From: Pseudogymnoascus verrucosus
Taxonomy: Eukaryota
DNA: 64,000 bases
Strand: one strand, 5' to 3'
Assembly (NCBI GenBank): GCA_001662655.1
Contig: KV460237.1
Shown: positions 37,987 through 48,899 of the stretch, piece after piece
How positions within the stretch are numbered: position 1 is the first letter of the stretch
Layout of the letters: each line of letters opens with the position of its first letter
The notes under the pieces: generated by a model
Told to the model about the DNA's origin: nothing
What the model saw: the letters and a program-made list of their open reading frames with translations, nothing else
Database searches by the model: none
Made by a program: the position numbers and the translations under genes

Positions 37987-39308
37987 ATGGCAGATGCGGT
38001 GATGGATAGAGCGGTGCAGATTGCCGCTGAGGCGTGGGAGGTTGTGAGACATGCTCCGGCGTGGATCTTGGTAGTGTCTGCTACATCAATACTACCATTC
38101 GCCTTCATATCCGTACGTCCCCCCTCAATCACACTCTTCCTTGCACTGATGTTCCACCACTACCCTCCCCCTCCCCAAACCCCCCTTCGCGTCCAAGACT
38201 AACACAACCACAGCTCTACCTAACACTCCACCTCATCGCCCCCCTCCCACGCCACCCCCACCCCTCAGAAAAAACATACATCACCACCCTCCCCTCCGGC
38301 GGCGTCACCCCCCCCCAGCCCCTCGCCTGCTGGCACGACGACTGGCTCTCCCACCGCGCTTCCCACGCCGCCGGGTCCTCCTCCAAAGACACCGGCCACA
38401 TCGAGCCCGCCACCCTCGCAATGAGCGTCGTCATCCCGGCCTACAACGAGGAAGCAAGGTTAGAAACTATGCTCGAGGAGGCTGTTTCCTATCTCGACGC
38501 TACTTACGGCCGCGCCTCCTCCCCCTCTCCCTCCACCAAATCGTCGAAATCGAAAACCTCCTCCTCTTCGCCCAGCGAGCCCCAAGGCTACGAAATCCTC
38601 CTCATAGACGACGGCTCCTCCGACTCCACCGTTAGCACCGCCCTCCGCTTCTCCCACGCCCACTCCCTCCATGATACCCTCCGCATCATCTCCCTGCACC
38701 GCAACCGCGGCAAAGGCGGTGCGGTAACCCATGGTCTGCGGCACGTCCGGGGCACCCATGCTGTCTTCGCCGATGCGGACGGGGCATCGCGGTTCCGAGA
38801 TCTCGGCGCGCTGGTCGCGGGTGCGGAGTTAGTCAAGGATGCACGGGGTAGAGCGGTGGCTGTTGGGAGCAGAGCGCATTTAGTGGGGAGTGAAGCGGTG
38901 GTGAAGAGGTCGTTTGTTAGGAATGCGTTGATGCATTCTTTTCATCTTCTTTTGAGGCTGCTTACTCCACCTGCTACGTCGCGCATCCGCGATACGCAGT
39001 GTGGGTTTAAACTCTTCACCCGCGCCGCGCTGCCACATATAATCCCCTACATGCACGCCGAAGGGTGGATTTTCGATGTCGAGATGCTGATGCTCGCCGA
39101 GAGTGCACCGGTGTGTATACCAGAGTCCAAGCACGAGGGAGGCAAGATTGGCGGCGCCGTTAGGGGGGTAAGAGTAGCGGAGGTCCCGATTGCGTGGCAG
39201 GAGGTGGGGGGGAGTAAGTTGAATGTGCTGTGGGATAGTATAGGGATGGCCTTTGGACTGGCTGTTTTGAGGGCTAGTTGGGCGCTGGGGGTTTATAGGC
39301 GGCGGTGA
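37987..39308 (+). CDS. ALG5: Dolichyl-phosphate beta-glucosyltransferase (GT2)
   Basis: N-terminal TM; SVVIPAYNEEARL, IDDGSSD, NRGKGGAV, FADADGA, GSRAHL, DTQCGFKLF and WIFDVEML; intron 38113..38213. Confidence 0.95.
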
Positions 39309-39729
39309 GGGGGTTGTGTTATAGTACAGTACCCTTTTTGTTGCGCGTGTATATATAAAGTTATAAGTTATATAGAGAAAGAAAGAAAGCAGGCATACAG
39401 GTCACATATATCACATGCTTCAAACATCGCAGGGGTTTTGGTTCAGCTGTCTGTCTGTCTGTCTGTTTGTAAAATGGATTGAATTGAGTGAGTCCATAGA
39501 TTCATGATTAATATTACCAGCCTCCACGGCTCAGCTGAAGGCTATGCTGGATGCCTGTCCCCCCACACACCCCAAACGCCGTAGTTTATGTCTTATGTCT
39601 TCAACAAACCCGCCACCACTCCAATCGAAGCATATGTAAGTAGTACAACCCATCATCATTAACCGCCCATCAATTTTATCTTTTTCTCACCCCAACGCTC
39701 CCTCGTAAGTCCGTCTATGCGAGCTCACC

Positions 39730-41352
39730 TCACCACTTCAACTCCGAAAAAATATACGGGAAAATCACCTCCACCGCCTTCACCAACACCGCACCACTCT
39801 TGTACACCCCCAGCGGCGCCTTCCAAACCCCCAGAACGTTCCCCACACAATCACACATAATCAACCACATCGCCAGCAGCGCCACCGAGAAGAAGTGGTA
39901 GAACAGCAAAAACGGCCTGGGAAGAATACACGCCAGCATCCCCGCCGGCTCCTCAACGCACACGCCCCCGTAGAGGAAGTACTCGAAGCAACCCCTCTGC
40001 AGGGCTTTCAGCTCGGCGTTGTTGGCGGCGAAGAGGGCGTAGAGGGCTTGCGCGAGGATATTGACGATGGATGTGAGTTGTTTCCTCCTCCAGTGGAAAG
40101 TGCGCATTGCGAGGCTCATGGCGGGGACAGACGAGAGGTCCGCGATGCGAGTCGGGTGCAGCAGCTCTGACAAAATCACCACATCTGTGAGCGCCACTGA
40201 CATCCCGCCTCCCGTCAGCGGGTGACGCATATTCATCGCATCCCCCAGCACCACAATCCCCGGCGTCTGCTGCTGCGTCGGCGGCAACCACGAATTCGGC
40301 ATGCTCCTCAAGCCCCCCTCCTCCAGCGCCTTTATGAACGTCGGCTTTATAGCCTCCGGCAGTGTCGGCACCACGACATTGCGGATATGTGCTTTTACCC
40401 CTCCCAGGGCTGATTTTGCGGACTCCAGGTTCTCGGGGACGTCGATTAAGGCGCGGGTCTCGTGGGTGCCGATCTGGTAAACGAGGACGGGGGCGTTGTC
40501 GGAGAGGATGATGTGGCCGTGGTTCGGGACTGGGATGGGGCAGTCGATGAGTTCGAGGGCGTAGAATTTGGATTTCGCGACGGGGGTCTTGGAGATGTAT
40601 TGTTTTCGGAGGGTGGATGCGTAGCCGTCTGCTGCGATGGTGAGGCCGCCGAAGAAGTAATCGGGTTTCTTAGATCCGTCTATAGGGTCTGTAGTCTCCG
40701 TCTTGACACCCAGGACTTGCTCGTTGTTATCCGTGCTCACCGTCCCCTTCACCGTCGTCTCGAAGATCGTGATGTTCGGCTCCCTCTTACACGCCTCGCG
40801 GAGCTTATTAATGAACCTGCCATGGTGAAAACACCACCCCACCGGCCTCGACTCCTTCATCGCCCTCGACTTCTCCACCCGCGTATCGTACGGGTACGGG
40901 ATATGCACCTCCTTGCCGTAGTAAATGACGTTATACCCATTAACAACCACCGCATCAATGCCTTCCAGACACTCCGACAGCCCCAGCTTGTGTAACGCCG
41001 ACACACCCCCCGGCTGCAGCAGCTCCCCCACGATCCGGTTGGGCTCCTTCATCGACCGTTCAAGCAGGATGACACTGCGGCCCTGGCGAGCCAATGTGAC
41101 CGCCGCGGCGCACCCGAAGACGCCCGCCCCGACGATGACAACGTCGGCTTCGTGATGCATCGTGCGCCGCTGCTCCAGAGACTCGTGTGTGTTCTGCGTC
41201 GCCGTCATGGACGGGTACTGGTTATCGATTGGCGAGGAGGCGAGGAGGGAGGTGAAGGGGCGGGAGACGGCGGAGGCGATTTTGGCGGGCACGCTGACTT
41301 TGGCGGTGGTGGGCGGGCTGTTGAAGCTGCGCAGCTGGACGAGGGTGTTCAT
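39730..41352 (-). CDS. ERG1: Squalene epoxidase
   Basis: Motifs DVVIVGAGVFG, RIVGELLQPGG, FHHGRF, IAADG, LGDAMNMRHPLTGGGMSVA and NILAQALY. Confidence 0.97.
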   Translation of the reverse strand: MNTLVQLRSFNSPPTTAKVSVPAKIASAVSRPFTSLLASSPIDNQYPSMTATQNTHESLEQRRTMHHEADVVIVGAGVFGCAAAVTLARQGRSVILLERSMKEPNRIVGELLQPGGVSALHKLGLSECLEGIDAVVVNGYNVIYYGKEVHIPYPYDTRVEKSRAMKESRPVGWCFHHGRFINKLREACKREPNITIFETTVKGTVSTDNNEQVLGVKTETTDPIDGSKKPDYFFGGLTIAADGYASTLRKQYISKTPVAKSKFYALELIDCPIPVPNHGHIILSDNAPVLVYQIGTHETRALIDVPENLESAKSALGGVKAHIRNVVVPTLPEAIKPTFIKALEEGGLRSMPNSWLPPTQQQTPGIVVLGDAMNMRHPLTGGGMSVALTDVVILSELLHPTRIADLSSVPAMSLAMRTFHWRRKQLTSIVNILAQALYALFAANNAELKALQRGCFEYFLYGGVCVEEPAGMLACILPRPFLLFYHFFSVALLAMWLIMCDCVGNVLGVWKAPLGVYKSGAVLVKAVEVIFPYIFSELKW

Positions 41353-42250
41353 GGTGAAAGAGGAGGTTTTGGGGCGAATTGAGGGTTTTGGGGGAGGTTT
41401 GGAGAGTGGATTAGGCGATTATGGGGGGGGTGGTTTTTGTGGTCGGGGGCGGGCGGACAATTAAAATTGTTCTAGAGGGATACATTGGTTTATGTATTTT
41501 TGGGGGTGCAACGGCGGAAGGGTGGGAATAATCACGGGCATCACGGAATGTACGGTTATATCTCGCTCGTAGTAGAGCATTGTAGGTAGAGATTATCTTT
41601 CCTCCATAACTATACCACTACAGAGATTATCATTCCCCCCCAAATCCATACTCCTTTTTCCTAGAGTTCCGTACAACTTACCTACAGTAACTATACGGCC
41701 ACAGCTAATCTGTCCCCCCATACTAAACCATCGGTCCTCAACTCTCCGACTGGACTCCTTCAAACCTTGGCTGGCAAGGAAACATAGCCTCACACTAGGG
41801 GCGCATTATCCAGTCAGGAACACGCGTTCTCCCGTGACATCTGGCTAGACTCGTCGCTAGGAATCCACTACTGTACCCGAGTGGCGTGGTTTGTTACATG
41901 GATTAGGAGGGATTTTGCGGCGGTGGGAGCGGGAGGGATGGTACCCCTATTAAAGAGGGAAATGAAATCGGATGCGATGGGATTCAACGTTGATAGCCGG
42001 GGTTATGGGCTATTTATTGACTTTAGAGAGAGTGAGAAGAGGACTCTATATAACGATTTTATAGTATATTTTTATAGTATAGTAAATACTTCATAGCGAT
42101 TAATTCAAACTGCTTAATATATAATTACGGTCAGTGTAAAATACAGTTATGTGCATGCAAGTTACACTATATAGCACAAATCCCAACCCTTACCTCCCCC
42201 AACCTCACCCCTCACCCCTCACCACCACCACCACACCCACCACAAACGAT

Positions 42251-45200
42251 CTACAACCACCCCGACACCACCTTCCTTGCCAACACCCCTCCCCCAGAAG
42301 TAACTCTCCTCACCGCATCCTGTCTCGCGTGGTGCCTCGGTTCTGCCTCTATATACTCGTACGTTGGCTTGGGGGACACCTGATTCTCAACCAGAGGCAT
42401 CACCGGGGTCTCATGCCTCTTCTGTCCCGAGGAGCCAACCCCGCGATCAAGCGGCGTAACTGAAACAGCCGTCCACATCGCAGGTGGTGGCGGTGAACCC
42501 CGCGAGGCACGTGACTCCTCCTCGTGAAGCTGCCCAGCAGTCTCTCTCTGCTGCTCAGCGGTGGAATTCACACCAGCAGAAACATGCTGCCTCGCAGCAC
42601 CCAGTTCCTCTCCCTCACCCGCACCACCACGCCTCGACTCAACAACCGCCGCACTCATAATATCCAACAACCTCCCCCCCACCCTCCTACTCTCCACCCC
42701 ATGCCTCTCCCTCCTCAACCTAACCACCCCCAGCGCCTCCTCCAGCATCTCCCCCAACGCATTCGGCACCCCATCCCCGCACCGCCTCATCTGCTGCTTC
42801 CTCAGATTCGCAATCCCCAACTTAATCACAAGCATAAACCGTCTGCTCGGTACAATCTCATTTCTCTCCAACGTATCCATAACCCACTGCACACCCTCCA
42901 CATTCTCCAGCGCGATGTGCACGCGCATCAGAACCGTCAGGCTCGACAAATCCACTAAGCCCCGCGATACCCCGTTGCGCGCGGCGTAGTACTCCCACAG
43001 CGCCAACGCGTCACGGTTGAGGCCGCGCTGGGAGAAGACGCTCGCGACTTTCGTAGCAACGCCCATGGGCATGGTGAGCCCGTGATCAGCGAAGAGTAAG
43101 GTATTCTTCCTCAGCACGGCGTGCAGGTCCATGTAATCCAGACTTCTGTCCTCGAGCTGATGCATCAGCAGCCTCGCCATGCCGAGACTAATATCAACGC
43201 CCCTCTCTCTGGCAGAGCTGACGAGGGGGAGGAGGGAGCTGATACTGCTGTCTGCGGGGTGGGACTCGATAGCGGCTTGTATGGCGAGGGCGAACATGGA
43301 GGGTGGGATGTGGATGTGCTCCCGCTTTAGGGCGGAGTGGTAAATACGCAGTGTTTTGCGGGGGGATCCTTTAGCCATAGCCTCGCGCATAGAGGGGTAG
43401 AAGTCCAGCCCGCTATCGCTGTCGGCTTGGCCTTGACGAAGGTAATCGATCTGCCTCGAGAAGCGGACGAAAGCGAAGCGATCCCCTTTAGTTTCTCGTA
43501 TCGCGGCCTCGCGAAGGATGCGCGCGGTGCATTGGTCGAGGAGATTCTCGTCTGTGTCTTTCATCTTGTGGCAGAGATGGAGGAGGTCGACGAAGGGGGT
43601 GTTCCACTCGTCGCGGTAGTTGCTGAGCATGGCGTTGAAAGAGACGGCGTCGGGGATGAGGCCGAAGGCACGCATGGTCTCAAGCCAGTGTGGGATGGAG
43701 TCGATTTCGTTTGCGTCTGCGTATTTCCCGACCATGATGTTTGATACGTAGATGTTTGGAACGAGTCCATACTCTTCCATGACCTTTCGGACGAACTGCT
43801 CTGACTCGGCGACGCTGTGGGATTTGGTGTAGAGCTTGAATATCGGTGCGAATACTTGTGCGTGCTGTTCTTTCGTCTTATGGTCGACCAAGAGAGGTTT
43901 CATGGTTTTAAGACTGCTTTCGACACCCTCCCAATCCTCCTTCATTGCCTTCGACAGAGCCAGATGGCCGCAGGTCCTCAGGCTTGCCGCGCCATTATTC
44001 GCCGACGTATGTTGATTGAGGTATGCGCTAGCCTGGTCATCCTTCCCGTCCTCGACGCAGAACTGGATAATCGCACTGTACAGCGCTTGCGGTAGATCAA
44101 TACAATCCACCAGTGTCTCAAGCCTGCCAAAAAGCGCCCGTGTACACGCAAGATCGCGCGTACTCCTCCAATGCTGCCCCAGCACCTTCATAGGCCACTC
44201 CGCTCTTATCTTGAACCCCCCAGATCTAGCCATTTCGGCACCGGTACGGACAACATCCTCAGCCTGGCCGAGTGCGTTTTTGCGAAGGCACGAGTCGAGA
44301 ACTGCCCCGACAACTTCGTCAAGTTCGTATTTCGAAGGTTCGGTGAGGACGAAGAAGCGTCGGAAGTAGTGTAGCACGGATTTGTGGTGGCCCATGCCGT
44401 GGTTGGCAAGGATGAGGTAGTCGACGCAGGAAGGGGCCTCGTCGCTGGGAATAGCAGACATTCGCCAATAGAGGGAATCGGTTAGTTCGTAGAGTTGTTC
44501 CTTCATGGCTTTGGCGCAGAGAAGCACGCCGAGATGTCGCATCTTAGGATGGGCGTTTTCGAGTCGCTTTGTAGAAAACTCCGTCATATACATGGAGGAT
44601 GCCGAGTGCAACGCCTCAAGATATCCTTGATCCTCTCCTTCCTTGCGTGTTTTTATTTCCAATAGGTGGGCTATCACCTCCGGGGTGTGAAGTTCGTAAA
44701 AGAGGTCTTCTTCAATTGGACCCAGGCTAAGGAGTTTCTGGATGACCGGAACGTATACCCCAATTGAGTTGTGTTTTTGGCAAGCATCGAAGAGTTGTCC
44801 ACACGCTGTAACCAGCCGTTTCGAAAGTTGGGATTCATGGCGTCCTGGTTCTTTGCCGATGTACAGCCCATTTTCAAAGGACTCGAAGAAAGCGTTCGCA
44901 GCCAACTCAATCCCACCAGCTGAATTGTCGGCTTCAAGGGTTTCCATCATACTGGCAGCCAACACAGTCTGTCGACTCTGACGCTGTCCAGTCTTTCTAA
45001 TAGCAATGGGAGTAGCATGGCTTTGTGTTCTCGCTCGCAAGTCGGCATCGTGAGAAGCATCCCGCTTCTCCTTCGCTACCACCGGCTCCAAATCATCCTT
45101 CAACTCCCGCTGTGACTGCGGGCGGACAAGTCTCTTCGATTTCACCGACGCATCCTTCCCCCAGCTCGCAATCGACTTCGGCGCCACCTCGCCATCCCCC

Positions 45201-45454
45201 GCCGAATACAACGGCGGATTCAAAACATGGTCCTCAAAATTCGCAACCGCAACCGCACCCGCCGCCCCGTGATAGCTTCTCGACGACTTGATACGTCGGC
45301 CGTTCTCCTGCACCTCACGCGCGGAATGGATTCGGCGCCTGCGGTCCTCTGCCAGCAGCCCGGTCGTGAAGGCGACGGTACACGATGTTCCGAGGGCGAG
45401 CTGGCGGAGGGCTCGCAGGGCGCCCGGGGAGGGAACGGGGAGTCCGAGAGACAT
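42251..45454 (-). CDS. Pentatricopeptide-repeat (PPR)-containing protein, probably mitochondrial
   Basis: 1067-aa ORF with PPR-like units (GLVPNIYVSNIMVGKYA, GLIPDAVSFNAMLSNY, LYSAIIQFCVE) and an Arg/Leu-rich N-terminus. Confidence 0.75.
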   Translation of the reverse strand: MSLGLPVPSPGALRALRQLALGTSCTVAFTTGLLAEDRRRRIHSAREVQENGRRIKSSRSYHGAAGAVAVANFEDHVLNPPLYSAGDGEVAPKSIASWGKDASVKSKRLVRPQSQRELKDDLEPVVAKEKRDASHDADLRARTQSHATPIAIRKTGQRQSRQTVLAASMMETLEADNSAGGIELAANAFFESFENGLYIGKEPGRHESQLSKRLVTACGQLFDACQKHNSIGVYVPVIQKLLSLGPIEEDLFYELHTPEVIAHLLEIKTRKEGEDQGYLEALHSASSMYMTEFSTKRLENAHPKMRHLGVLLCAKAMKEQLYELTDSLYWRMSAIPSDEAPSCVDYLILANHGMGHHKSVLHYFRRFFVLTEPSKYELDEVVGAVLDSCLRKNALGQAEDVVRTGAEMARSGGFKIRAEWPMKVLGQHWRSTRDLACTRALFGRLETLVDCIDLPQALYSAIIQFCVEDGKDDQASAYLNQHTSANNGAASLRTCGHLALSKAMKEDWEGVESSLKTMKPLLVDHKTKEQHAQVFAPIFKLYTKSHSVAESEQFVRKVMEEYGLVPNIYVSNIMVGKYADANEIDSIPHWLETMRAFGLIPDAVSFNAMLSNYRDEWNTPFVDLLHLCHKMKDTDENLLDQCTARILREAAIRETKGDRFAFVRFSRQIDYLRQGQADSDSGLDFYPSMREAMAKGSPRKTLRIYHSALKREHIHIPPSMFALAIQAAIESHPADSSISSLLPLVSSARERGVDISLGMARLLMHQLEDRSLDYMDLHAVLRKNTLLFADHGLTMPMGVATKVASVFSQRGLNRDALALWEYYAARNGVSRGLVDLSSLTVLMRVHIALENVEGVQWVMDTLERNEIVPSRRFMLVIKLGIANLRKQQMRRCGDGVPNALGEMLEEALGVVRLRRERHGVESRRVGGRLLDIMSAAVVESRRGGAGEGEELGAARQHVSAGVNSTAEQQRETAGQLHEEESRASRGSPPPPAMWTAVSVTPLDRGVGSSGQKRHETPVMPLVENQVSPKPTYEYIEAEPRHHARQDAVRRVTSGGGVLARKVVSGWL

Positions 45455-46171
45455 GTTATGACGAGGGCGAACGCTGCATGTGCCCCCACTGCATTATTAG
45501 ATGCGGGAGACGCGGGGTCGCTGGGAGGTTGCAATTGATAGTGGTGGAATGAGCGTGAGCGGATTTGTTGTTGCTCGGGGCTGAATTGTCGATGGGAGGG
45601 AGCTTGAGATTGATTTTGGCTCAGGTCAAAATCCACATCATGTTCTGTCGTCCATCTCCGGTTTCAAGCTCGGGCCGGCAGTACTTTGTTCCTCGGCCGA
45701 ACTTGGAACTTTCGGACGACAATTGCTTGGAGGGAGAACCAAGTGATAATTAATAAATGAACTGTTAAAAAAAATATGGAAATGGCTATAGACTTTAAAA
45801 TTGGTCATTATAGAAAAGAAAATCAACGATAGTTATAGGTTTTGTTAAGATAAACTATTCTTATAAACCTGATATGCGAAATAAGGGGATAAATATATTT
45901 GATTCTGCATCTAGAAATTAAAAGCCAAATAACTTCAACAATTTGAAGTAGCAGGATATAAAAGTAATACGTTAATTAATCGGCATTTAATATTTTATTA
46001 AATTTAATAGAGACTTTGTTAAATTACAGTGAATTATGTCGCTTAGTGTATTCGTGGGCGGCTTATTCTCAAATGGACCAGAACAGATGTTAAGGGACTA
46101 CTTATTTGCGCCAGCCACTGTTAACCTCTGCCATCTCAACAGCTACTACAAATCCTCATCTTGACCACAAA

Positions 46172-47275
46172 ATGGCTGCCGCAATTTTCAAAACTCTGCC
46201 ACTGTGGTAGAAAGCCGCCGTGAGAGGGTTTTCCGCCGCTCCCCGCCAGCTCAAAACCCGAACCACCTCACAGCGCCTCAAACTCCTCCAGTCCATCTAC
46301 GAGCCTGCCTTCAGCCACCTGAGGCCTGGCTCCCCAGAGTACGAAGGGCTCGCAAACTCCGGAAAAGTCTGGGAAGACCACTTCAAACCCCGTGACCTGG
46401 GGCCATGGCTTGAGACACAGAAAAAGCTAAAGAGCAAGTTGGAATCTGTGGACAAGTTTAAGATATTTTTCGGGGAGCGCCCACAATTACGCATCTCAGT
46501 CACTCACTCTCTGGTACCTGAGTGGGCGCACCAAAGCGTGGCTATCGAAGCAAACCCACTGTCACTCGGAGACGCCTTGATCTCTGAAGGGCTTGAGAGC
46601 CAGTTCTTCTCACGCTATGAAGATTTTGGGACAATACGCACCCAGGCCCTGCCAGATCTCGATCTTCCTCCTGCTCGCGATCTGTCTTCTCAGAGTCCCT
46701 CCAAAGTCGCAGAGCTGAGAAATCATATTATTGTCTCCCGCCACGTCAGCGACTCTGCTCTTGCCAACCCCGGAACGGCAGGGATATCACTCGATGAGAT
46801 CAAACTACTCACTCGCACACTGCTACGCGGCACAGACTCTGAAGAAGCAGCCAAGTACTCCTGGGGCCCAAGAGTCCCTCTCGGCGAATTTCGCGCCTTA
46901 CCCATCTCTGTCAGGTCGAATCCTCTGAGGGTATTCCCCTACCACCAAGAGGTGCCCGCGTGCACGAAACGTTTCTTTGAGTGGCGTGATAAGACTCACG
47001 CTATGGGCCAACTACATCCCCTGATCTTCGCCGCGAAGCTGTGCGTTTACTTTGCTTCCGACCATCCTTTTCCTGATGGAAACGGGAGGGCGAGCCGGGT
47101 TATGATGGCGGATTATCTGATCCGTCAGGGGTTTTTGCCGGTTGTTTTTCAGGATCTCGAGCGGATGGACTATCTTGGAATGATATCTGAGGCCCAGGAT
47201 GGTGAACCAGAGGGACTGTGCGCATATGTTACGCAGACAGCGCTGGACATGATGTTCACGATCAGCGTGCGCTAG
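46172..47275 (+). CDS. Fic/Fido-domain protein (FICD-like); in-frame TAG at codon 13 (46208-46210), so possibly a pseudogene
   Basis: Catalytic motif HPFPDGNGRASR; inhibitory-helix-like SVAIEAN; ATG at 46172 in CACAAAATGG context is in frame with ORF 46220..47275. Confidence 0.8.
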
Positions 47276-47861
47276 GGTATCACGGTTTTTGTGCGGCTGG
47301 AGATGGATTTCAAGGCATTTGAGAGGCACAGGCAGGCGTTCAATATACCAATTTGAGGTGCAAAGAGCACATTTTCTAGCTAATAGTTCCCATGACGTGC
47401 AATCGAGAATATATACTGCGCCCCTCAGGAGATTCCGTGACTGTACTTGTGCCACTCAACTGTCCCAATGTGCACTATCCATAACATATGTGTATACGGA
47501 AATTTATGATTAAAATGAAGTCGTCCAATCACTCGAGAGTTATAATTTTATGACATGCCCTTTTAATGAGTCAGTTTCTCGAAGTTATGCCAAAGGAATA
47601 AATCCCAACGGACTGAATTTATTGTATCGATCCTATCACGCACAGCACCCTTCAGACCTTTGGGCGGCATGAATAAAGATTTTGTATTATATAAAAACAG
47701 ACTGTAGGTTGTGGTGGCATAAGGCGGCGCTGAAAGCTGCACCAGACTAGACGCTACTATTTGGACTGGGTGTGAGTAATATCGCGGCACGACCCTCGTC
47801 ATCCCCAAGCTCAAACTCCAAACATACAGCTTGCAAACTCACAACCTAATTCTTTGAAACA

Positions 47862-48320
47862 ATGGCCGAAAGAAGACTCATAAGAAGCGGCTTCGCATTT
47901 GAAGAAACCATCGGGTACTCTCGAGCCGTAGTAACCGGATCATGGATCATAGTCTCAGGCACAACAGGGTAAGTTTTCACATTGACTCACACATCACCAA
48001 AACCTCAAAATCCCAACAACAATCACAGCTACGACCACGCCACCGGCAAAATATCCCCAGACATCGTCGAGCAGACCGAACAGATATTCCGCACCATCGA
48101 TAAAGCTCTGCGTGAGGCGGACGCGACCATGGCAGACGTCGTACGGGTCAGGTATATCCTGCCGGATGCAAAGCAGTTCCCGCTGTGCTGGCCGGTGACG
48201 AGGAAGTGGCTGGGGGAGGTTAAGCCGGCGGCGACGATGATTCAGGCTGGGTTGATGGACGAAGAGATGAAGATTGAGATTGAGGTTACGGCCAGGCGCG
48301 GTGACTCGGCGGAGGATTAG
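47862..48320 (+). CDS. RidA/YjgF/YER057c/UK114 family protein
   Basis: MAERRLIRSGFAFEETIGYSRAVV...VSGTTG/YD spliced across intron 47969..48028 to VVRVRYIL...PAATMIQAGL..EMKIEIEVTA. Confidence 0.92.
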
Positions 48321-48553
48321 AGATTACCTGGTTGAAATGGAGATCCCGCCAGCAATGGATGCCTGTTTGATGATGCGCCTCGGAGAAGGGAAACGTCACC
48401 CTCAAGCAAGTGAAGCCACTTGAGGACACTAGAGTGCTGTATCTAATATCTGCGGGGACTTCCTGGCTCCCGCGGCTCTTCTAGCATTTATGTTCGCACT
48501 GTACCGTAGACGAAATATCAAAACATATCAAACTGGCAAAATAAGAGGTAAAA

Positions 48554-48672
48554 ACATACAACAGTGGGTATTCGCTGGTGGTCACCCACCCAACTACTAA
48601 TCCACCGATCTCAAGCTTGTGTATGGCAGAGCGGACGGGATGCCCAATTCTCTTGAGTCTATGGTCGTATGT
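48554..48672 (-). rRNA. 5S ribosomal RNA (dispersed copy)
   Basis: 119 nt, ACATACGACCATAG...CATCCCGTCCGCTCTG...TTAGTAGTTGGGTGGGTGACCACCAGCGAATACCCACTGTTGTATGT; paired termini; followed by an oligo-T Pol III terminator; TTAAA element at about -25. Confidence 0.97.
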
Positions 48673-48899
48673 GAAAGTTCTGTATGCGATTTGGTTTAAG
48701 TAGGAGGGTGCGGTGGTGGTTGTCAGGTTCAACAGACCAAATCCGAGATAACGTTCCAGAGGTAGTAATATTTCACCGCATGCTACGCAGTAAGCTACAG
48801 TATAAAAATTAAATAAATTGACAGCAGTAGCGTTTAATTAAAGAGCACATAGTGAGAATCATATAAGAGGTCGGGCATTAACCCATAGAATAGCCTAAA

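Noticed and set aside
48360..48480. Two small hairpins between RidA and 5S
   Set aside because: Stems are short and expected by chance in a 3' UTR; no family features recognised.
48481..48732. 83-aa minus-strand ORF
   Set aside because: It overlaps the 5S rRNA gene and is a spurious translation of it.
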